From NCBI RefSeq assembly GCF_009914755.1, contig NC_060948.1: 64,000 nucleotides of DNA; one strand, written 5' to 3'. Made by a program: the position numbers and the translations under genes. Source of the stretch: the human T2T-CHM13v2.0 reference genome, Homo sapiens. Below, in pieces: positions 53,480 through 64,000 of the stretch (position 1 is its first letter; every line of letters begins with the position of its first letter). The notes beneath the pieces are model-generated. The model was given only the letters and a program-made list of their open reading frames with translations, did not search any database and had not been told where the DNA came from.

Positions 53480-56400
53480 GGATTGGAAAGGAATAGAATG
53501 GAATGGAATGGAATTGACTCAAATGGAATGGACTAGAATGGAATGGATTCGAATGGAAGGCAAAGGAATGGAATCTATTGGAATGGACTGTAATGGAATG
53601 GAATGGAAGGGATTGGAATGGACTCGAATGGAATGGACTGCAATAGAAAGGATTCGAATGGAATGAAAAAGAATTGAATGGAATAGAACAGAATGGAATC
53701 AAATCGAATGAAATGGAATGGAATAGAAAGGAATGGAATGAAATGGAATGGAAAGGATTCGAATGGAATGCAATCGAATGGAATGGAATCGAACGGAATG
53801 GAATAAAATGGAAGAAAACTGGCAAGAAATGGAATCGAAATGAATGGAGTGTTATGGAACGGAGTCAAAAGGAATTGAATGTAATAGAATGGAGTGGAGT
53901 GGACTCGAATATAATGGACTGGAATGGAATGAAATCACATGGAATGGGAACGAATGGAATGGAATGGAAAGGAATGGAATCGAATGGAAAGGAATCGAAT
54001 GGAAGGGAATGAAATTGAATCAACAGGAATGGAAGGGAATAGAATAGACGGTAATGGAATGGACTCGAATAGAATGGACAGGAATGCTCAAATTGAATGG
54101 ACTCGAATGGAATGGAAACGAAATGAATGTCATCGAATGGAATTGAATCGATTGGAATGAAATCATATAGAATGGAGTGGAATCAAATGGAATTGAATCG
54201 AAAGGAAAGGAAACAAATGGACTGAAATGAAATGGAATGGAATTGAATGGAAAGTTATGTAATGGAATAGAATGGAACGAAATTTCACGGAATGGATTCA
54301 AACTGAATGGAATCAAATCAATGGAATCAAATCAAATGGAATGGAAAGGAATTGAATGGAGTAGATTGGATTGGATGGGATTGGAATGAAATGTACTGGA
54401 AAGGACTCGAATTTCATGAAACGGAATGGAATGAATTGGAACGGAACGGACTCGAATGGAATGGAATGTCATGGAATGGCATCACATGGAATGGCATCAA
54501 ATGGAATGGAATCGAATGCAATGGAATGCTATGGAATGGAATGGAATGCATTGGAATGGAATGTCCTCTAATGGAATGGATTCGAGTGGAATGGAATCGA
54601 ATATAATGGAGTCGAATGAAATGGAATTGAAAGGAATGGGATCGAATAGAATGGAATATACTGGAATGTAATGTAATGAACTCGAATGTAATTGACTGGA
54701 ATGGAATGTACATGAATGGAATGTAATCGAATGGAAAGTAATCCAATGGAATAGAATCTAATGCAATAAAATCGACTCAGATAGAGTAGAATGCAATGGA
54801 ATGGAGTGCAGTGCAATGGAATGGAATGGAATGCAATGGAATGGAATGGAATGGAATGGAATGGAATGGAATGGAATGGAATGGAATGGTGTGGAATGGA
54901 TAGTAATGGACTGGAGTGAAATGGACTGGAAAGGAATGGACTCAAATTGAAAGGGCTCGAAAGGAATGGAGTCAAATGGAATGGTCTGGAATGGAATGAA
55001 CACGAATGTAATGCAATCCAATAGAATGGAATCGAATGGCATGGAATATAAAGAAATGGAATCGAAGAGAATGGAAACAAATGGAATGGAATTGAGTGGA
55101 ATCGAATTGAATGGAATGGGAACGAATGGAGTGAAATTGTATGCAGTAGAAGAGAATAGAATGGAATGCAAGCGAAAGGAAAGGAATGGATTGGAATGGA
55201 ATGGAATTCATTGGAATGGAAGGGAATGTAGTGTAATGGACAGGCCTGGAATAAAGTGGAATGCTACGGTCTCGAATGGAATAAAAATGTATGGAATGGA
55301 ATGCAATGAAACGGAATCGAATGTCATAGAATGTAATGGAATGCAAAAAAATGGAATCCAAAATCATTGACTGGAAAGGCTGGGTGTTGAAAGGAATTGA
55401 CTCCAATGGAATGGAATCGAATGGAATGGAAGTGAATAGAATCGAACTAAATCGAATGGAATGGAATTGATAGGAACGGAATGGAAAGGAATGCAATGAT
55501 TTGGCATGGAATGGAATCGAATGGCATCGAATGGAATGGAATGGAATGCAATGGAATGGAATGTATTAGAATGTAATGAACTTTAATGGAATGTACTCGA
55601 ATGGATTCGACTGGAATGGAATGTTCTGGAAGTGAATGGACTCCAATGGAATGGATTCCAAAGGAATGGAATCGTACGGAATGGAATCTAATGGAATGGA
55701 ATTAAATGGAAATGAATCAAATTGAATAGCACGGAATTGAATTGAATGAAATGTAATGCAATGGAATCTAATGAAACGGAAAGGAAAGGAATGGAATGGA
55801 ATGGAATGGGCTGGAATGGAAAGGAATCGAAACGAATGGAATGGAATCGAACTGAAGAGACTGGAATGGAATGCACTGGAATGGAAGGGAGTGTAATGGA
55901 AGGTTCTCGAAAAAAATGGAATCGAATGGAATGGAATTGAATGGAACGGAATAGAGTCGAATGAAACTGAATGGAATGGAATGGACTAGAGTGAAATGGA
56001 ATCGAACCACAAGGAATGGACAGGAATAGAATGGTCTCGAATTGAATGGAATCGTATGGAATGGCATCAAACGGAATGGAATGGACAGCCACGGAATGGA
56101 ATGCACTCGAATGCAATGGAGTCGAAACTAATGGACTGGAATAGAATGGACTCGACTGGTACGGACTCCAATGGAATGGAATCGAATGGAAGGGAATCGA
56201 ACGGAATGGACTCGAAGGGAAAAGACTGCAATGGAAAGGTCTCGAATGGAATGGAAATTAATGGAATGGAATGGAATCGAATGAAATGGAGTCAAAAGGA
56301 ATGGAATCGAATGGCAAGAAATCGAATGTAATGGAATCGCAAGGAATTGATGTGAACGGAACGGAATGGAATGGAATCCAAAGGAATGGAATAGAATGGA

Positions 56401-57038
56401 ATGGAATCGAATGGAAAGGACTCGAATGGAAATCACTCGAATAGAATGCAATTTAATAAAATAGGATCAAATGGAATGGAATGGAATGGAAAGGAATCGA
56501 AACGAAAGGAATGGAGACAGATGGAATGGAATGGAACAGAGAGCAATGCTATAGAATGGAATGGAATCATCTGGAATGGAATTGAATGGAATGGAATAAT
56601 ATGAAATGGAATGGAATGGAATGGAATGGAATGCCCTTGAATTAAATGGACTGGAATGGAATGGACTCCAACAGAGTGGAATGGAAAGTGTTGAGATAGA
56701 ATGGAATGGACTCCTTTGGAATGGTGTAGTATGCAATGCAATCGACTGGCAGGGAATCAAAAGGAATGTAATCGAATGGATTGGACTGGAATGCAATGGA
56801 CTCGAATAGATTGGAAACGGAATGCAAAGGAATGGAATGGAATAGTATGGAATGGAATGGAAAGGAATGGAGTGGAATAGACTAGAGTGGAATGGAATGG
56901 ACTGGAAAGCAATGGACTGGAATGGAACTTTCTTGAATGGACTGGAATCAAACGGAATGGAATGCAATGCAATCAAATGGCATGGAATAAAATAGAATGA
57001 AAGAGAATCAAATGGAATTGAATCGAATGGAATCGAAT
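53480..57038 (+). repeat. Unit 16 (3559 bp), divergent
   Basis: ORF ends at 53868 and 57427; dense private variants at 54080-55970. Confidence 0.9.
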
Positions 57039-60000
57039 GGATTGGAAAGGAATAGAATGGAATGGAATGGAATTGACTCAAATGGAATGGACTAGAATGG
57101 AATGGATTCGAATGGAAGGCAAAGGAATGGAATCTATTGGAATGGACTGTAATGGAATGGAATGGAAGGGATTGGAATGGACTCGAATGGAATGGACTGC
57201 AATAGAAAGGATTCCAATGGAATGAAAAAGAATTGAATGGAATAGAACAGAATGGAATCAAATCGAATGAAATGGAATGGAATAGAAAGGAATGGAATGA
57301 AATGGAATGGAAAGGATTCGAATGGAATGCAATCGAATGGAATGGAATCGAACGGAATGGAATAAAATGGAAGAAAACTGGCAAGAAATGGAATCGAAAT
57401 GAATGGAGTATTATGGAACGGACTCAAAAGGAATTGAATGTAATAGAATGGAGTGGAGTGGACTCGAATATAATGGACTGGAATGGAATGAAATCACATG
57501 GAATGGGAACGAATGGAATGGAATGGAAAGGAATGGAATCGAATGGAAAGGAATCGAATGGAAGGGAATGAAATTGAATCAACAGGAATGGAAGGGAATA
57601 GAATAGACGGTAATGGAATGGACTCGAATAGAATGGACACGAATGCTCAAATTGAATGGACTCGAATGGAATGGAAACGAAAGGAATGTCATCGAATGGA
57701 ATTGAATCGATTGGAATGAAATCGCATAGAATGGAGTGGAATCAAATGGAATTGAATCGAAAGGAAAGGAAGCGAATGGACTGAAATGAAATGGAATGGA
57801 ATTGAATGGAAAGTAATGCAATGGAATAGAATGGAACGAAATTTCACGGAATGGAATCAAACTGAATGGAATCAAATCAATGGAATCTAATCAAATGGAA
57901 TGGAAAGGAATTGAATGGAGTAGATTGGATTGGATGGGATTGGAATGAAATCTACTGGAAAGGACTCGAATTTCATGAAACGGAATGGAATGAATTGGAA
58001 CGGAATGGACTCGAATGGAATGGAATGTCATGGAATGGCATCAAATGGAATGGCATCAAATGGAATGGAATCGAATGCAATGGAATGTTATGGAATGGAA
58101 TGGAATGCATTGGAATGGAATGTCCTCTAATGGAATGGATTCGAGTGGAATGGAATCGAATATAATGGAGTCGAATGAAATGGAATTGAAAGGAATGGGA
58201 TCGAATAGAATGGAATATACTGGAATGTAATGTAATGAACTCGAATGTAATTGACTGGAATGGAATGTACATGAATGGAAGGTAATCGAATGGAAAGTAA
58301 TCCAATGGAATAGAATCTAATGCAATAAAACCGACTCAGATAGAGTAGAATGTAATGGAATGGAGTGCAGTGCAATGGAATGGAATGGAATTGAATGCAA
58401 AGGAATGGAATGGAATGGAATGGAATGGAATGGAATGGAATGGAATGGAATGGGATGGAATGGTATGGAATGGATAGAAATGGACTGGAGTGAAATGGAC
58501 TGGAAAGGAATGGACTCAAATTGAAAGGGCTCGAAAGGAATGGAGTCAAATGGAATGGTCTGGAATGGAATGAACACGAATGTAATGCAATCCAATAGAA
58601 TGGAATCGAATGGCATGGAATATAAAGAAATGGATACGAAGAGAATGGAAACAAATGGAATGGAATTGAATGGAATGGAATTGAATGGAATGGGAACGAA
58701 TGGAGTGAAATTGTATGCAGTAGAAGGGAATAGAATGGAATGCAAGCGAAAGGAAAGGAATGGATTGGAATGGAATGGAATTCATTGGAATGGAAGGGAA
58801 TGTAGTGTAATGGACAGGCCTGGAATAAAGTGGAATGCTACGGTCTCGAATGGAATAAAAATGTATGGAATGGAATGCAATGAAACGGAATCGAATGTCA
58901 TAGAATGTAATGGAATGCAACAAAATGGAATCCAAAATCATTGACTGGAAAGGCTGGGTGTCGAAAGGAATTGACTCCAATGGAATGGAATCGAATGGAA
59001 TGGAAGTGAATAGAATCGAACTAAATCGAATGGAATGGAATTGATAGGAACGGAATGGAAAGGAATGCAATGATTTGGCATGGAATGGAATCGAATGGCA
59101 TCGAATGGAATGGAATGGAATGCAATGGAATGGAATGTATTAGAATGTAATGAACTTTAATGGAATGTACTCGAATGGATTCGACTGGAATGGAATGTTC
59201 TGGAAGTGAATGGACTCCAATGGAATGGATTCAAAAGGAATGGAATCGTACGGAATGGAATCTAATGGAATGGAATTAAATGGAAATGAATCAAATTGAA
59301 TAGCACGGAATTGAATTGAATGGAATGGAATGCAATGGAATCTAATGAAACGGAAAGGAAAGGAATGGAATGGAATGGAATGGGCTGGAATGGAAAGGAA
59401 TCGAAACGAATGGAATGGAATCGAACTGAAGAGACTGGAATGGAATGCACTGGAATGGAAGGGAGTGTAATGGAAGGTTCTCGAAAAAAATGGAATCGAA
59501 TGGAATGGAATTGAATGGAACGGAATAGAGTCGAATGGAATTGAATGGAATGGAATGGACTAGAGTGAAATGGAATCGAACCACAAGGAATGGAGAGGAA
59601 TAGAATGGTCTCGAATTGAATGGAATCATATGGAATGGCATCAAACGGAATGGAATGGACAGCCACGGAATGGAATGCACTCGAATGCAATGGAGTCGAA
59701 ACTAATGGACTGGAATAGAATGGACTCGACTGGTACGGACTCCAATGGAATGGAATCGAATGGAAGGGAATCGAACGGAATGGACTCGAAGGGAAAAGAC
59801 TGCAATGGAAAGGTCTCGAATGGAATGGAAATTAATGGAATGGAATGGAATCGAATGAAATGGAGTCAAAAGGAATGGAATCGAATGGCAAGAAATCGAA
59901 TGTAATGGAATCGCAAGGAATTGATGTGAACGGAACGGAATGGAATGGAATCCAAAGGAATGGAATAGAATGGAATGGAATCGAATGGAAAGGACTCGAA

Positions 60001-60612
60001 TGGAAATCACTCGAATAGAATGCAATTTAATAAAATAGGATCAAATATAATGGAATGGAATGGAAAGGAATCGAAACGAAAGGAATGGAGACAGATGGAA
60101 TGGAATAGAACAGAGAGCAATGGTATAGAATGGAATGGAATCATCTGGAATGGAATTGAATGGAATGGAATAATATGAAATGGAATGGAATGGAATGGAA
60201 TGGAATGCCCTTGAATTAAATGGACTGGAATGGAATGGACTCGAACAGAGTGGAATGGAAAGTGTTGAGATAGAATGGAATGGACTCCTTTGGAATGGTG
60301 TAGTATGCAATGCAATCGACTGGCAGGGAATCAAAAGGAATGTAATCGAATGGATTGGACTGGAATGCAATGGACTCGAATAGATTGCAAACAGAATGCA
60401 AAGGAATGGAATGGAATAGTATGGAATGGAATGGAAAGGAATGGAGTGGAATAGACTAGAGTGGAATGGAATGGACTGGAAAGCAATGGACTGGAATGGA
60501 ACTTTCTTGAATGGACTGGAATCAAACGGAATGGAATGCAATGCAATCAAATGGCATGGAATAAGATAGAATGAAAGAGAATCAAATGGAATTGAATCGA
60601 ATGGAATCGAAT
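57039..60612 (+). repeat. Unit 17 (3574 bp)
   Basis: ORF ends at 57427 and 61001. Confidence 0.9.
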
Positions 60613-63600
60613 GGATTGGAAAGGAATAGAATGGAATGGAATGGAATTGACTCAAATGGAATGGACTAGAATGGAATGGATTCGAATGGAAGGCAAAGGA
60701 ATGGAATCTATTGGAATGGACTGTAATGGAATGGAATGGAAGGGATTGGAATGGACTCGAATGGAATGGACTGCAATAGAAAGGATTTGAATGGAATGAA
60801 AAAGAATTGAATGGAATAGAACAGAATGGAATCAAATCGAATGAAATGGAATGGAATAGAAAGGAATGGAATGAAATGGAATGGAAAGGATTCGAATGGA
60901 ATGCAATCGAATGGAATGGAATCGAACGGAATGGAATAAAATGGAAGAAAACTGGCAAGAAATGGAATCGAAATGAATGGAGTGTTATGGAACGGACTCA
61001 AAAGGAATTGAATGTAATAGAATGGAGTGGAGTGGACTCGAATATAATGGACTGGAATGGAATGAAATCACATGGAATGGGAACGAATGGAATGGAATGG
61101 AAAGGAATGGAATCGAATGGAAAGGAATCGAATGGAAGGGAATGAAATTGAATCAACAGGAATGGAAGGGAATAGAATAGACGGTAATGGAATGGACTCG
61201 AATAGAATGGACACGAATGCTCAAATTGAATGGACTCGAATGGAATGGAAATGAAAGGAATGTCATCGAATGGAATTGAATCGATTGGAATGAAATCGCA
61301 TAGAATGGAGTGGAATCAAATGGAATTGAATCGAAAGGAAAGGAAGCGAATGGACTGAAATGAAATGGAATGGAATTGAATGGAAAGTAATGCAATGGAA
61401 TAGAATGGAACGAAATTTCACGGAATGGAATCAAACTGAATGGAATCAAATCAATGGAATCTAATCAAATGGAATGGAAAGGAATTGAATGGAGTAGATT
61501 GGATTGGATGGGATTGGAATGAAATGTACTGGAAAGGACTCGAATTTCATGAAACGGAATGGAATGAATTGGAACGGAATGGACTCGAATGGAATGGAAT
61601 GTCATGGAATGGCATCAAATGGAATGGCATCAAATGGAATGGAATCGAATGCAATGGAATGCTATGGAATGGAATGGAATGCATTGGAATGGAATGTCCT
61701 CTAATGGAATGGATTCGAGTGGAATGGAATCGAATATAATGGAGTCGAATGAAATGGAATTGAAAGGAATGGGATCGAATAGAATGGAATATACTGGAAT
61801 GTAATGTAATGAACTCGAATGTAATTGACTGGAATGGAATGTACATGAATGGAATGTAATCGAATGGAAAGTAATCCAATGGAATAGAATCTAATGCAAT
61901 AAAATCGACTCAGATAGAGTAGAATGTAATGGAATGGAGTGCAGTGCAATGGAATGGAATGGAATGGAATGCAATGGAATGGAATGGAATGGAATGGAAT
62001 GGAATGGAATGGAATGGAATGGGATGGAATGGTATGGAATGGTATGGAATGGATAGTAATGGACTGGAGTGAAATGGACTGGAAAGGAATGGACTCAAAT
62101 TGAAAGGGCTCGAAAGGAATGGAGTCAAATGGAATGGTCTGGAATGGAATGAACACGAATGTAATGCAATCCAATACAATGGAATCGAATGGCATGGAAT
62201 ATAAAGAAATGGATTCGAAGAGAATGGAAACAAATGGAATGGAATTGAATGGAATGGAATTGAATGGAATGGGAACGAATGGAGTGAAATTGTATGCAGT
62301 AGAAGGGAATAGAATGGAATGCAAGCGAAAGGAAAGGAATGGATTGGAATGGAATGGAATTCATTGGAATGGAAGGGAATGTAGTGTAATGGACAGGCCT
62401 GGAATAAAGTGGAATGCTACGGTCTCGAATGGAATAAAAATGTATGGAATGGAATACAAAGAAACGGAATCGAATGTCATAGAATGTAATGGAATGCAAC
62501 AAAATGGAATCCAAAATCATTGACTGGAAAGGCTGGGTGTCGAAAGGAATTGACTCCAATGGAATGGAATCGAATGGAATGGAAGTGAATAGAATCGAAC
62601 TAAATCGAATGGAATGGAATTGATAGGAACGGAATGGAAAGGAATGCAATGATTTGGCATGGAATGGAATCGAATGGCATCGAATGGAATGGAATGGAAT
62701 GCAATGGAATGGAATGTATTAGAATGTAATGAACTTTAATGGAATGTACTCGAATGGATTCGACTGGAATGGAATGTTCTGGAAGTGAATGGGCTCCAAT
62801 GGAATGGATTCAAAAGGAATGGAATCGTACGGAATGGAATCTAATGGAATGGAATTAAATGGAAATGAATCAAATTGAATAGCACGGAATTGAATTGAAT
62901 GGAATGGAATGCAATGGAATCTAATGAAACGGAAAGGAAAGGAATGGAATGGAATGGAATGGGCTGGAATGGAAAGGAATCGAAACGAATGGAATGGAAT
63001 CGAACTGAAGAGACTGGAATGGAATGCACTGGAATGGAAGGGAGTGTAATGGAAGGTTCTCGAAAAAAATGGAATCGAATGGAATGGAATTGAATGGAAC
63101 GGAATAGAGTCGAATGGAATTGAATGGAATGGAATGGACTAGAGTGAAATGGAATCAAACCACAAGGAATGGAGAGGAATAGAATGGTCTCGAATTGAAT
63201 GGAATCGTATGGAATGGCATCAAACGGAATGGAATGGACAGCCACGGAATGGAATGCACTCGAATGCAATGGAGTCGAAACTAATGGACTGGAATAGAAT
63301 GGACTCGACTGGTACGGACTCCAATGGAATGGAATCGAATGGAAGGGAATCGAACGGAATGGACTCGAAGGGAAAAGACTGCAATGGAAAGGTCTGGAAT
63401 GGAATGGAAATTAATGGAATGGAATGGAATCGAATGAAATGGAGTCAAAAGGAATGGAATCGAATGGCAAGAAATCGAATGTAATGGAATCGCAAGGAAT
63501 TGATGTGAACGGAACGGAATGGAATGGAATCCAAAGGAATGGAATAGAATGGAATGGAATCGAATGGAAAGGACTCGAATGGAAATCACTCGAATAGAAT

Positions 63601-64000
63601 GCAATTTAATAAAATAGGATCAAATGGAATGGAATGGAATGGAAAGGAATCGAAACGAAAGGAATGGAGACAGATGGAATGGAATGGAACAGAGAGCAAT
63701 GCTATAGAATGGAATGGAATCATCTGGAATGGAATTGAATGGAATGGAATAATATGAAATGGAATGGAATGGAATGGAATGGAATGCCCTTGAATTAAAT
63801 GGACTGCAATGGAATGGACTCCAACAGAGTGGAATGGAAAGTGTTGAGATAGAATGGAATGGACTCCTTTGGAATGGTCTAGTATGCAATGCAATCGACT
63901 GGCAGGGAATCAAAAGGAATGTAATCGAATGGATTGGACTGGAATGCAATGGACTCGAATAGATTGGAAACGGAATGCAAAGGAATGGAATGGAATAGTA
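60613..64000 (+). repeat. Unit 18 (partial, cut by the window end)
   Basis: Landmark at 60613; about 190 bp short of a full unit. Confidence 0.9.

Larger units (their letters stand above)
1..64000 (+). repeat. DYZ1: Human satellite III (HSat3) array of diverged (GGAAT)n with a ~3.56 kb higher-order unit; DYZ1-type, Yq12 heterochromatin
   Basis: GGAAT pentamers and their variants (CGAAT, GCAAT, GGACT, TGAAT) fill the window. Unique landmarks such as ggaagaaaactggcaagaaa, acaggcctg, ggctgggtgtcg and gcaatttaataaaatagg recur every 3544-3579 bp. The ~3564 bp unit with one HaeIII and one EcoRI site matches the established DYZ1 repeat. Confidence 0.95.

Noticed and set aside
96-63962. Hundreds of 60-318 aa ORFs on both strands (MEWNG-like and FHSIP-like), including recurrent 305-318 aa minus-strand ORFs
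   Set aside because: Pure GGAAT/ATTCC repeats have no stop codon in any frame, so long ORFs are expected. Many use non-ATG starts, they overlap in all frames, lack domains, and are freely broken or fused by 5-bp indels. Poly-WNGME translation is known for the SCA31 (TGGAA)n expansion, but nothing here shows translation.
1-64000. CRISPR-like or other prokaryotic repeat-spacer system
   Set aside because: There are no unique spacers between constant repeats and no cas or other genes; the apparently unique segments recur in every 3.56 kb unit.
1-64000. HSat2, DYZ2/HSat1B, Alu or L1 insertions, telomeric or alpha-satellite blocks
   Set aside because: No AT-rich DYZ2 or Alu sequence, poly-A tails, TTAGGG or 171-bp monomers are present. 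Unit-length accounting leaves no room for insertions, and pure GGAAT runs fit HSat3 rather than HSat2.

Overview
The whole 64 kb window is one uninterrupted, single-orientation array of diverged (GGAAT)n pentamers, i.e. human satellite III. It is organised as a ~3.56 kb higher-order unit with one canonical HaeIII/StuI site and one EcoRI site per unit. Unit size and landmarks match DYZ1 (HSat3) of human Yq12 heterochromatin; this assignment comes from recognition, not a database search. There are 17 complete units (3544-3579 bp) and an 18th cut by the window edge. No genes, RNA genes, transposons, DYZ2/Alu blocks or inversions are visible, and the ORF track is a pentamer translation artefact (WNGME / FHSIP). 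I found no new protein-coding system. The notable signals are structural or regulatory: three perfect, in-phase heat-shock elements (nGAAnnTTCnnGAAn) per unit; unit-length variation fully explained by one pentamer VNTR plus 15-bp, 5-bp and 1-bp indels; nested multi-unit duplications at 3-, 5-, 7-, 9- and 15-unit spacing; short neighbour-to-neighbour conversion patches; and two unusually divergent units. All variant comparisons were made by eye and need alignment to confirm.
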